From the human T2T-CHM13v2.0 reference genome, Homo sapiens: a DNA stretch of 64,000 bases. This document shows positions 1 to 16,280 of this stretch, piece after piece (the stretch's first letter is position 1; the number at the start of each line of letters is the position of its first letter). The position numbers and the translations under genes were made by a program. The stretch lies in the NCBI RefSeq assembly GCF_009914755.1, contig NC_060939.1. One strand, written 5' to 3'. Under the pieces are notes generated by a model that saw nothing but the letters and a program-made list of their open reading frames with translations, made no database searches and was not told the origin of the DNA.

Positions 1-399
1 CAGATCACTTGAGCCCAGAAGTTTGAGACCAACCTGGGCAACATTGCAAAACCCTGTCCCTACAAAAAATACAAAAACTAGCCAGGTGTAGTAGCACATG
101 CCTGTAGTCCCAGCTACTCAGGAGACTGAGGTGAGAGGATCACCTGTGTGTGCCTGGAGAGGCCAAGGCTGCATTGAGCCATGATCGTGAACCATGATCA
201 TACCACTCTGTCACCCAGCCTAGGTGACAGAGTGAGACCCTGTCTCAAAAATAAATAAATAAATAATAGCATACCATAATTTATACAGTCTATAAAGTTG
301 ATGTTGTAAGAGCTGTATTTTTTGCTATGGAAAGGTATTCACAGATACCATTAAATGAAACAAGAGATAGTATAGAAAGAGCACATTTGGTTAAATTAA

Positions 400-639
<240 letters not shown>

Positions 640-1204
640 TGATCTGCCCGCCTTGGCCTCCCAAAGTGCTGGGATTACAGGCTTGAGCCACCGTGCCCGG
701 CCTGGTTAAATATTTTGTATGCCTATATCTGCATGTATGCATAGATAAAGGTCTAGGAGGAGATGCTGTAAAATGTTAACATTATCTCTGGGTCCTAGGG
801 TTATGAGGGATTATTTTTGTTTTCTAAATGTTCTACAATGGACATGCATTACCCTAGTATACACATCAAGAAGACAGTAAGGACACCTTTTCCACATCTC
901 TGACCCTCAGCCTCATCCACATCCTACTCTCCTGCACCACAGCAACTCTCATATACTTCATTTTCCACATTCAGACCACTGGCAGAATTGGAGTACTGAG
1001 CAGTCAGAGCATATGGTAACTCAGTTACCAGACTGGGGCTGGGCAAACTTCTCACAGGCTCAAGAGAGATACTAAGAAGGGAAAGTTGTACTTCCCAGCT
1101 TAGACCCTTTAACAGTAAACTTCTCTCAAGAAATAAAGTCAGCAGTTTATACTGACATAGGTGAAACAATCCACAGACATGGCTTGTAAAAACTTCTGAA
1201 CCAA

Positions 1205-1370
1205 ACAAACATGGGTTCAAACCCTGGTTCTGCCACTTACTAGCTGCATGGTCCAAGGTCACGTAAACTTTTGGGTTTCAGTTTGCTCATCTATAAATTA
1301 ATAAACCTCCCTTGCAGAGTCTCTATAATAATTAGATAGCATTTATGCATCTGATATATAATAGGTCTTC
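1205..1370. mobile_element. MIR fragment
   Basis: gggttcaaaccctggttctgccacttactagctg...tcagtttgctcatctataaa core. Confidence 0.7.
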
Positions 1371-1492
1371 TCAATAGATGACATCATTAATAGAAATATA
1401 GGCCAGGCGTAGTGGCTGATGCTTGTAATCCCAGCACTTTGGGAGGCCGAGGTAGGCAGATCACTTCAGGCCGGGAGTTCGAGACCAGCCTA

Positions 1493-1687
<195 letters not shown>

Positions 1688-1823
1688 TTAATTAATTAAT
1701 TAATTAAAAATAAAGAAGTTGCAGACATTATGATATTTTATTCCTAAATACTTGAGCACTTACTAGGAAAACAAGGACCTCCTCCTATAGAACATTACCA
1801 TTATCACCTTAAGCATACATTAA

Positions 1824-2207
<384 letters not shown>

Positions 2208-3288
2208 TGAACCACCACGCCTGGCCGATCCTCTTTTTTTTTTTCTTTTTGAGCGCAATCTCTGCTCGCTGCAACCTCCGCCTCCTGGGTTCAAGCGATT
2301 CTCCTGCCTCAGCCTCCCAAGTAGCTGGGATTACAGGCATGTGCCACCACGCCCGGCTAATTTTGTATGTTTAGTAGAAACGTGGTTTCTCCATGTTGGT
2401 CAGGCTGGTCTCGAACTTCCAACCTCAGTTTATCCACCTGCCTCGGCCTCCCAAAGTGCTGGGATTACAGGTGTGAGCCATTGTGACTGGCCCTTTAATT
2501 TATTTATTTTTGAGACAGGATCTTGCTGTGTCAGCCAGGCTGGAGTGCAGTGGCACGATCTCGGCTCAGAGCAACCTCTGCTTCCTGGGCTCAAGTGATA
2601 CTCCCCCCTCAGCCTCCCAAAGTACTGGAGTTACAGGCGTGAGCCACTGTGCCTGGCCATGGTTCTCTTTAGTCTCCCTTTAATCTAGAACAGTTCTCTG
2701 CCTTTTTGTTTTTTATGGCATTAACTTTGGAGAGTCTGAGCCAGTTTTCTTATAGTATGTCCCACAATCTGGATTGTTTCCCATGACTAGATTCAGATTT
2801 TAAAACTGGCAATACACAATGCAGGTGATATTCATTTCTCAATGCATCATATCAGGAGGTGTACATAATGTCCCTTTGTCCTTTACTGGTGATACTAAGT
2901 TTGATCACTTGATTAAGGAGGTATCCACCGTATCTTGCTCTGCAGTGGTCAAAGGGCCTTACGCCCATCTGATGGTCTGTTGTCTTTCTGTATTATGATT
3001 TCCTCCTACCATCTTTGAAAGTGACATGATATTCTTGAGATGGAGAGGCCAGGTCAGGAAGAGTACTAGGATCATAGGAACATTTATAGAAACTCCACCT
3101 GAAATCCTCCTAGAGGCTGGGCATGGTGGCTCACGCCTGTAATCCCAACACTTTGGGAGGCCGAAGCGGGCAGATCACGAGGTCAGGAGTTCGAGACCAG
3201 CCTGTCCAACATGGTGAAACCCAGTCTCTACTAAAAATACAAAAATTAGCCGGGCGTGGTGGCACACACCTGTAGTCCCAGATACTCA

Positions 3289-3429
<141 letters not shown>

Positions 3430-3935
3430 TCAGTATTCCACTGTCAGACTTATTAGCACATACTATCTATGTCAGAACATTTGCTGGAGTGCTCTGTGAT
3501 GGTATAGGAACCAGCCTAGGCCTATTAGGACAGCAATACTCATTCCTAGATTGGACTCAATCTCTGGGAAGTCCACTGCTATTCTTGGCCTCTCACTAGA
3601 CAGGAAGAGCATGAAGAGCTCACTGGCTGATGCATTCTGATGCCCTACACCCTTGCCAATACTAAGAAATAGCCCCAAAACTTGCAGGCAGTAGTGTTAT
3701 GTGTTTAAATCTCCAGTTTATCTCTATGCGGTGAGTTTCCAGGCACACCTGGTACAGAAACCCCAAACTACTTATTTGCTTTTCTCAACCACCACCCATC
3801 TTTATAAAAGGCCAGGATCTAGTGGCCAAAACCTCCACTCAAGTTACCATTCGTTTAAAAATTATGCTATCATTTGGCACAAGGAATCATAAGTAGATGG
3901 CACAAAATCAACATGGGAGGGACGGACCAGCTTAC

Positions 3936-4002
3936 CTTGTGTGCCAATGTAAGCATTCTTCTGCTTGTAGCCATCCATGAAACTGGCATTGATGTAATCT
4001 GT
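3936..4002 (-). CDS. PTPN9: PTPN9 exon 9 (67 nt), PTP domain with the DYINAS motif
   Basis: cattag|ACAGAT ... ACAAG|gtaagc. Encodes TDYINASFMDGYKQKNAYIGTQ(G). Confidence 0.96.
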
Positions 4003-4542
4003 CTAATGATAAAAAGGAGACATCACTATAGCTACACAGAATACACCATTTGGGTCATAAAATGATGTACTCAGTAAGTAAAACCCAAGGTGTGAATATT
4101 CTCTTCTTGTTGAGCAGAAAATGAGGAGTGAAATGGCCAGCTCAAACCCTCACTTCAATAAATGGTGCTGGGACAAGTAGATATCTACATGCATAAAAAT
4201 CAAGCTGACTCCTTCCTCACACTGTAAAACTGACTCAAAATGTATCACAGACCAAATGTAAGGGATTAAAACTATTAAAACTCTCAGAATAAAATATAAG
4301 AGTAAATCTTTGTGACCTTGGGTTAGGCAAAGCTTTCACAGATATGATACCAAAGGCGTAAGTGACAAAAGAAAAGAGATAAATTGGACTATATTAAAAT
4401 TAAAAACTTATGCCAGGCGCGGTGGCTCACGCCTGTAATCCCAGCACTTTGGGAGGCCGAGGAGGGTGGATCACGAGGTCAGGAGATCGAGACCATCCTG
4501 GCTAACACGGCGAAACCCTGTCTCTACTAAAAATACAAAAAA

Positions 4543-4925
4543 GGTCTCTTCCGTGAGGAGCGCAGAGGAGGTCGCGGCGCCGGAGGCCCCAGAAGGCTCG
4601 AAGGCGCCGCGGGCTGGGGTCGGTGGCTTAGGGAGCCCGTCCGGCCATGGTGGCCGCGGGTGGTGGTTGGCGCGGCTGCGCTGCGGCCTGGGGCAGTGCG
4701 GAGCCGGGACAGTCGCGGCGCTGACGCCCGCGGGCCCCAGCTGCAGATATGAAGCGGAGCCGCTGCCGCGACCGACCGCAGCCACCGCCGCCCCACAGCC
4801 GGGAGGATGGAGTTCAGCGGGCAGCGGAGCTGTCTCAGTCTTTGCCGCCGCGCCGGCGAGCGCCGCCCGCGAGGCAGCGGCTGGAGGAGCGGACGGGCCC
4901 CGCGGGGCCCGAGGGCAAGGAGCAG
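4543..4925 (+). promoter_or_regulatory. MAST2 exon-1-derived CpG island segment carried by the SVA_F1
   Basis: Very CpG-dense 383 bp. Encodes MKRSRCRDRPQPPPP...GPEGKEQ (MAST2 N-terminus) and ends GAGCAG exactly at the SVA splice-acceptor position. Confidence 0.9.
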
Positions 4926-5072
4926 CCGCCTGCCTTGGCCTCCCAAAGTGCCGAGATTGCAGCCTCTGCCCGGCTGCCACCCCGTCTGGGAAGTGAGGAG
5001 TGTCTCTGCCTGGCCGCCCATCGTCTGGGATGTGAGGAGCCCCTCTGCCTGGCTGCCCAGTCTGGAAAGTGA
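4749..5072 (+). other. Chimeric ORF of 59 aa MAST2 N-terminus plus 48 aa SVA-derived sequence (translation unproven)
   Basis: ATG at 4749. The 177 nt of MAST2 coding sequence end at 4925 and the frame stays open through SVA sequence to a stop at 5070-5072. Confidence 0.55.
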
Positions 5073-6785
5073 GGAGCGTCTCCGCCCGGCCGCCATCCCA
5101 TCTAGGAAGTGAGGAGCGCCTCTTCCCAGCCGCCATCACATCTAGGAAGTGAGGAGCGTCTCTGCCCGGCCGCCCATCGTCTGAGATGTGGGGAGCGCCT
5201 CTGCCCCGCCGCCCCATCTGGGATGTGAGGAGCGCCTCTGCCCGGCCGAGACCCCCTCTGGGAGGTGAGGAGCGTCTCTGCCCGGCCGCCCCGTCTGAGA
5301 AGTGAGGAGACCCTCTGCCTGGCAACCACCCCGTCTGAGAAGTGAGGAGCCTCTCCGCCCGGCAGCCACCCCATCTGGGAAGTGAGGAGCGTCTCCGCCG
5401 GGCAGCCACCCCGTCCGGGAGGGAGGTGGGGGGGGGTCAGCCCCCGGCCCGGCCAGCCGCCCCATCCGGGAGGGAGGTGGGGGGTCAGCCCCCCCGCCCG
5501 GCCAGCCGTGCCATCCGGGAGGGAGGTGGGGGGGTCAGCCCCCCGCCTGGCCAGCCGTGCCGTCCGGGAGGGAGGTGGGGGGGTCAGCCCCCCACCCGGC
5601 CAGCCGCCCCGTCCGGGAGGTGAGGGGCGCCTCTGCCCGGCCGCCCCTACTGGGAAGTGAGGAGCCCCTCAGCCCGGCCAGCCACCCCGTCCGGGAGGGA
5701 GATGGGGGGGTCAGCCCCCCCACCCGGCCAGCCGCCCCGTCCGGGAGGGAGGTAGGGGGGTCAGCCCCCCGCCTGGCCAGCCGCCCCGTCCGGGAGGGAG
5801 GTGGGGGGGTCAGCCCTCCGCCCGGCCAGCCGCCCCGTCTGGGAGGTGAGGGGCGCCTCTGCCCAGCCGCCCCTACTGGGAAGTGAGGAGCCCCTCTGCC
5901 CGGCCAGCCGCCCCGTCCAGGAGGGAGGTGGGGGGTCAGCCCCCCGCCCGGCCAGCCGCCCTGTCCGGGAGGGAGGTGGGGGGGTCAGCCCTCCGCCCGG
6001 CCAGCCGCCCCGTCTGGGAGGTGAGGGGCGCCTCTGCCCGGCCGCCCCTACTGGGAAGTGAGGAGCCCCTCTGCCCGGCCAGCCACCCCGTCCGGGAGGG
6101 AGGTGGGGAGGTCAGCCCCCCGCCCGGCCAGCCGCCCCGTCCGGGAGGGAGGTGGGGGGGTCGGCCCCCCGCCCGGCCAGCCGCCCCGTCCGGGAGGGAG
6201 GTGGGGGGGGGTCAGCCCCCCCGCCCAGCCAGCCGCCCTGTCCGGGAGGTGAGGGGTGCCTCTGCCCGGCCGCCCCTACTGGGAAGTGAGGAGCCCCTCT
6301 GCCCGGCCAGCCGCCCCGTCCGGGAGGGAGGTGGGGGGGGGTCAGCGCCCCTGCCTGGCCAGCCGCCCCTCCGGGAGGTGAGGGGGCGCCTCTGCCCGGC
6401 CGCCCCTACTGGGAAGTGAGGAGCCCCTCTGCCCGGCCACCACCCCGTCTGGGAGGTGTGCCCAACAGCTCATTGAGAACGGGCCAGGATGACAATGGCG
6501 GCTTTGTGGAATAGAAAGGGGGGAAAGGTGGGGAAAAGATTGAGAAATCGGATGGTTGCCGTGTCTGTGTAGAAAGAAGTAGACATGGGAGACTTTTCAT
6601 TTTGTTCTGCACTAAGAAAAATTCCTCTGCCTTGGGATCCTGTTGATCTGTGACCTTACCCCCAACCCTGTGCTCTCTGAAACATGTGCTGTGTCCACTC
6701 AGGGTTAAATGGATTAAGGGCGGTGCAAGATGTGCTTTGTTAAACAGATGCTTGAAGGCAGCATGCTCCTTAAGAGTCATCACCA

Positions 6786-7165
<380 letters not shown>

Positions 7166-7199
7166 CTAGGAAAACCAGAGACCTTTGTTCACTTGTTTA

Positions 7200-7489
<290 letters not shown>

Positions 7490-8208
7490 TCATGGAAATG
7501 CAAATCCATACCACGAGATACTAATTTATACCCACTAGGATGGCTACAGATATCAAAGATAGATAATACTGTTGGCAAGGATGTGGAAAAACTGAAACCC
7601 TCATACATGTGTAAACCCTCCTTATACATGGCTAGTGGTAATGTAAAATGCTGCAGTTACTTTAGAAAACAGTCTGGTTGTTCCTGAAAAGATTAAACAG
7701 TTACCATATGACCCAGCAATTCCACTCCTTAGCAAAATAACATAGGTGCATACAAAAACTTATACATAAATATCCATAGCAGCATTATTCGTAATAGCCA
7801 AAAATGGAAACAACTCAAATGTCCTTCAACTGATAAATGAATAAAAGTGGTATATCCATACAATGGAATATTATTTGGCAGTAAAAAGCAGTGATGTGAT
7901 GATACATGCTATGACATGGATGGACCTAGAAAACATTATGCTAAATGATAGAAGCCAGACACAAAAAGCTACATAGTCTAGGATTCTCTTTGTATGAGAT
8001 CCCTAGAACAGGCAAATCTATGGAGATAGGAAATAAATCAGAGTGGGTTAGAGGGAAATAGGTAGCGACTGCCAAGGGTGTGAGGTTTCTTTGGGAAATG
8101 AAAAAAATGTTCTAAAGTTGTTTGTGGTGATGGTGGCACAACTCTGTGAATATACTAATAGCCATTGACTTATATACTTTAAATAGGTAAATTGTATGGT
8201 ATGTGAAC

Positions 8209-8704
8209 TGTTGGAGGCCGAAAGAATGAGGGTCATGATCAACTCAGTATACCACTGGAGGCTACATGAGCAAAAAGGAAACTGTTCTCATGAAAGCAGG
8301 ATGTTGGCAAACTGACAAACTGCATCTGCCGCCCAGAAGGAATGCTGAGGGCAGTCACGACCCAGGCACAAGTGTTTCTTGTAGTTAGGCACATCTGAAG
8401 CCTGTTAGCAATAATGTGTACCTGTGATCAATTAAGCAGCTGACCAATCGTTACCTCCTCCTCCCTGCTCTTGGTACCCAATAAATACAAAGGGCTGTAG
8501 AAGCTCAGGGCTGCCTTTGCTCACTAGAAGCAGGGAGTTCTCTTCTTCCCCATGTTACCCTTCCTTTAGAATAGTTATTTTTGTCTTAAGTTTTCATTGC
8601 TATGTTTATCCCCCTTCATTCAGTCTCCTAATGACGGTCTCAAGTAATAACAATAGTAACTGCCCTAGTGACATCTCAAGCAGTAATTGTGGCAGTCTGC
8701 CAGA
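8209..8704 (+). mobile_element. Solo LTR of a HERV-K-like element, most likely LTR3 (HML-6)
   Basis: Starts TGTTGGAGGCCGAAAGAATGAGGGTC, has an internal AATAAA near 8480 and a 6-bp TSD gtgaac at 8203-8208 and 8705-8710. The terminal CA reads GA. Family assigned from memory. Confidence 0.75.
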
Positions 8705-9860
8705 GTGAACTATATAACTCAATAGAAACTGTTATTTACAAGAAAAGGGTCCATCAAGACTTGCAACACTGTAGCACAGGACCAAATGAGAGGCAAGGCA
8801 AGCAAGTAGGAACACCTGGTCCATCCTGCCACACACAAAAGGCAAAATATGAATGGAGAAGAAATAAAGCTACATCTCATACTTAGGACCATCAACAGAC
8901 GAGCCAAACACCTGGACTCCATTATTACCTGAATTAATGCAAAGCAACTTCCAGTCAAATTCAAAGGCATCTCAATGAACAGCTCCTGACTACCTCTCTT
9001 CCAGGGTATTCTCCCACCTCCTAATGTCCTCAGTCTTAATTACTTCAACATCATTTTTTATAAATACCTACTCAAAAGATCCTTTGATCCAGGCTGATAA
9101 AAGAGAAACATCAATCAGCTGCAGTTTTATGTTATAGTATAACTAGTTGGGAGTTGAATGGATAGAAGCAGTGGAATGGATAAGGGAAGGTGTGAAGGGT
9201 TACAGAAGGACAAAAGAAAAGTTTCAATAGCAAACTAGGGAAAACTCATAACCCACTGCATTACAGAGAGGTCAGACTGACTCTTTCCTCAACCTATCAC
9301 TCGTTCTCCTGTGGGTCCTATCACTGGGTGGGCAGTCTGAACTGTCAGTATCCCATAGCTAACCTCCTAAGATATCTCCACCTCATGGTCAAACCCATGT
9401 TACTTGGATTTGTGTTCATTAGCCAGTCAGTCTACCAATTTATCACTCTACTATTTATTTAGTCAAGAGTTTCCTCCTTAGAAACTGTTTCTTTGACTAA
9501 ATAAATAGTGGAGTGATAAACTCGGAGTTTTCCCTCCCATAGCAGCTAGTATTGACCTCATACGATTACTGTCCTACCCTGACTCAGACAACTTCACTGA
9601 GCTAATAGACCACCTGCAGCAGACCCAGCATGCTAAAAGCCTCACTCACTTCCAAACAGGCTTCTCAATCCAGGGTGCACCCAGTCAGCCAAAGCCCATC
9701 CTCTACTCAACCTGGCACATGCAAATGGTATACCCACTCGAGGACCAAGGGGAGAAGGTATGGAAAAGCACAAAAGATTTACCTAGTATATGCCAGTCAG
9801 CATTAGTAAGAACATAAGGAGGAACTAACTTCATGCTTTGAAAAGAATTGTCACTTCTTT

Positions 9861-10172
<312 letters not shown>

Positions 10173-10415
10173 GAATTGTCACTTCTTTAAAGAAGACATT
10201 ATTTCTTTATAACTAAGAATTACCAGCTTTAGCACTGGTCTCTGAGCTGATTTTTAATTCCCAGGGAATTAAATTTTTAATTTCAGCAACTTCGGAAGAA
10301 TCACTGGATATTAAAACTGAAGGCTGGGCGCAGTGGCTCACGCCTGTAATCCCAGCACTTTGGGAGGCCAAGGCGGGCAGATCACGAGGTCAGGAGATCA
10401 AGACCATCCTGGCTA

Positions 10416-11098
<683 letters not shown>

Positions 11099-11306
11099 GC
11101 CATGTTCAACAGAAACTGGGACTAATAGCTTTAAAATTCCAGAAGCAAATCAAGTAAACAATTCACTAAAAAACCTGAATCCTCCAAATAACAAGGTATT
11201 GTATACTTGAAAATTGCGGACAGCATATTTTAAGTGTTTTCACCACAAAACAAGGTAAATATGTGAAGTAATGCATATGTGGTGTTTTTTTTTTTTTTTT
11301 TTTTGA

Positions 11307-11468
<162 letters not shown>

Positions 11469-12420
11469 TAGTAGAGACGGGGTTTCACCGTGTTAGCCAG
11501 GATGGTCTCGATCTCCTGACCTTGTGATCTGCCCGCCTCGGCCTCCCAAAGTGCTGGGATTACAGGTGTGAGCCACCGTGCCCGGCAAAGTAATGCATAT
11601 ATTAACTAGCTTGACTTAGTGTCTCTGCAATCCATACATATTTTAAAATATTATATTGTATACCATAAATATATACAATTTCTATCAATTAAAATTTAAA
11701 AACAACTAAATGTCAGAAAACAGAATGGAAAAATAGCCCCATAGGTGGAAATTCCATGAGAGTGTTAAGTCCCCAAAGCTAAGTAAATAATTTTTTTTTT
11801 TTTGCTTTCGGCCCGCAAAGTAAATAATGTCAAAAAAACTAAAAACTAAAATCAAAATAAAATAAAAAAAAAGCCTAAATACTCCATTTACTATAAAAAT
11901 AAAGCCTCCGCTAATGTTTCAGTAAGGAGAGGGACTACAAATCAGACAATGATCTTCATATTAACCACAGGATGATTAGAAGAATCTCCCAGTACACTAA
12001 GATTCACTCATTCACAAATATGTCCTGAGTGTCTGATATGTGGCAGGCACTGTTCTAGGTACTGGAGACAGGGAAGTCAACAAAATGGATAAATACAGGT
12101 ATCTCTGACTCCAGAGCCCCAACTCAACCACTGTACTCCACTCCTTCAGGGCATATACGATGATGATCTCAGCAGTACTGATGAATTTACCCTCCAGCCA
12201 GCCAGTCTCTTAGCTCAAATGCTCCTGCAGGAAAATCTTCTCCAAGGGTCCTGGATAGGACTGTGAATTCAGTTTATGTGCTTGAAACAACAGGGACAAG
12301 AGAGTTGGAAACCATGATCCTGGGGTCCCAACCCACATGTCATATATGCCCAAATACAAGGCAGTAAGTTTTCCAAAAATTATTCCCCAGAAAGAGAAGG
12401 GATATAACAAGTCCTTATAA

Positions 12421-12816
<396 letters not shown>

Positions 12817-13100
12817 TTACTTTGAACAACCTCAGTCAATGCTGGGTTTTTTTTTTTTATGAGATCACCTAACAAAATTGGGTTTTTCGGAGATATCACC
12901 TAATAAAATTGGTATATCAGAAGGGAAAAAAAGGAAGATAATAATAATTTAGTCATTCATCTCAAAATTCTAAGGTTGGATGTTGCTGTAAACAAGTTAT
13001 ATTAAAAAGGAATTATGGCCAGGCACACCGGCTCATGCCTGTAATCCCAGCACTTTGGGAGGCCAAGGTGAGAGGATTGCTTGAGCCCAGGAAGAACTTA

Positions 13101-13346
<246 letters not shown>

Positions 13347-13490
13347 TTATAGGGGATGCATAAGATGCAGGATGAATTAAAAAACCAACTTGTCCTGGCC
13401 GGGCCTAGTGGCTCATGCCTGTAATCCCAGCACTTTGGGAGGCCGAGACGGGCGGATCACGAGGTCAGGAGATCGAGACCATCCTGGCTA

Positions 13491-13718
<228 letters not shown>

Positions 13719-14710
13719 CTAACAGATTTTCCTGGTTTAGGATAAAATTTCCAGTCACAATGCCACACACTTAAAAGTAAATAAAGATGTTGTACTCTGG
13801 AAAACCTTGTTAGACTGACTCAAAAATTGGCCTGTAATTCCAGCACTTAGGGAGGCTGAGGCAAGAGGATTGTTTGAGCACAAGAGTTCAAGACCAGACT
13901 AGGCAACATAGTGAGAACTTGTCTCTACAAAAGTATTTAAAAATTAGCCATGTATGTGGCACACACCTGTGGTCTCAGCTACTTGGGAGGCTGAGGTACA
14001 AGAATCACTTGAGCCCAGGAGGTCAAGGTTGCAGTGAGCTGTGATCACTGTACCTAGCCTGGGCAATAAAGCAAGACCTTGTCTTGAGGGAGAAAAAAAA
14101 AAGTGGCTCAAATGTGACAAAGACACTAAAGTTAAAGGTGTATGTAAAGTGTTTGAATAAAATGTTCATTAAATATCTCTGTTAATAGATTACATATGAG
14201 GCTTTTAACATGTAGATATAATCAAATTAATATATTAAATAATATAGTCATTTGACCATTTCATCTCTATCCCTAGACATTTATGTATACATAAGTTGTC
14301 CACAATTTCCTCAGATACAGATGGAGAAATCAGAGGTCACTTATAATCAAAGTTGCTTTGTATTGATGCATATATACTCACCAAAGGAATTGCACTATAT
14401 GACCATGACTTTACAACTAAGGAGTAAAATGATAAATAATTTAACATCTATGAAGCACCTACAATACAACAGACCTTGCACTATCAGCATTCACATAAAG
14501 AATTTCATTTAATTTCCACTCAATACTGTGAGATGGGCATTTGAGGACTTGCCTATGGTCACAGACTAGTATGTAGCAAAATATAAACTCAAACCTAATC
14601 TCTCTGGCCTCGGAGTCTACTTTCATTCTACCGAAGTATTAGTAAGCTTCACTTTGGAAGAAGCTCTATTTCCCCCAGTGCACCTAAAAAGATTACATTT
14701 ATCTGTCTAC

Positions 14711-14804
14711 CTGAGTATGGCCACTTCGCTTTGTTAGCTTCACTCTAGTTTGGTCCAGGCAGGGTACATCCCCATAACGGTTTTTCTCTAGGTTTCCTGG
14801 AGAC
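14711..14804 (-). CDS. PTPN9: PTPN9 exon 8 (94 nt), PTP domain with the KNRY pTyr-recognition loop
   Basis: cttcag|GTCTCCA ... ACTCAG|gtagac. Encodes (M)SPGNLEKNRYGDVPCLDQTRVKLTKRSGHTQ. Confidence 0.96.
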
Positions 14805-15704
14805 CTGAAGGAAACGAAACAAACAAGCAAGAATAAAGAAAAAGTGGGGACAGTATGTATGTACAAAATCTGACCATGCTAAAGGGGTGTCAATTACTCT
14901 TAGGGGTGGAGACATGGAAGCTTTTCAATTTCTAGCCCATACAGTTCCATATCATTTAACATTTTTTGTGGTAAGTACATACTACTTCTAAAAGTAAACA
15001 TATCTCCATTCAAAAGAGAGAGGGAGACCAGGCATGGTGGCTCACACCTGTAGTCCCAGCACTTTGGGAGGCAGGAGGATTGCTTGAGGCCAGGAGTTCG
15101 TGAGCAGTCTGGGAAATGTAATGAGAGCTTATCTCTTTTTTTTTTGAGACGGAGTCTCGCTCTGTTGCCCAGGCTGGAGTGCAGTAGCGTGATCTCGACT
15201 CACTGCAAGCTCTACCTCCTGGGTTCACGCCATTCTCCTGCTTCAGCCTCCTGAGTAGCTGGGACTACAGGCTCCCGCCACCACGCCCAGCTAATTTTTT
15301 TGTATTTTTAGTAGAGACGGGGTTTCACCATGTTAGCCAGGATGGTCTCGATCTCCTGACCTCATGATCTGCCCGCCTCGGCCTCCCAAAGTGTTGGGAT
15401 TACAGGCATGAGCCACTGCGCCCTGCCTAATGAGAGGTTATCTCTAGAGAGAAGTCAAAAAATTAGCCGGGCATCATGGCACACACCTGTACTCCTAGCT
15501 GCTCAGGAGTCTAAGGTGGGAGGACGGCTTCAGCCCAGGAAGTCAAGGCTGCAGTGCGCTATGACAGCGCCACTGCACACCAGCCTGGGTGACGGAGAGA
15601 AACCCTGACTTAAAAAAAAGAGAAGCTGGGTGTGGTGGCTCATGCCTGTAATCCCAGCACTTTGGGAGGCCAAGGCGGGTGGATCACCTGGGGTCAGGGG
15701 TTCA

Positions 15705-16280
<576 letters not shown>

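Noticed and set aside
4543-4925. A second gene (MAST2) or an assembly chimera
   Set aside because: Only exon 1 is present, spliced to SVA and enclosed by the SVA TSDs. This is the known SVA_F1 structure.
4471-5409. 312-aa minus-strand ORF and other long ORFs across the SVA_F1
   Set aside because: GC-rich VNTR/CpG sequence is poor in stop codons. The translations are repetitive with no recognisable domain.
5400-6455. Regularly spaced repeats superficially like a CRISPR array
   Set aside because: There are no unique spacers. This is the SVA VNTR in human DNA.
12191-12280. Possible cryptic minus-strand exon in intron 8, including a GPLE peptide resembling the start of the next PTP exon
   Set aside because: The acceptor (AAG) and donor (GTAAAT) are weak, stops occur early, and it lies on the wrong side of exon 9 to be an alternative exon 10. 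Four matching residues is compatible with chance.
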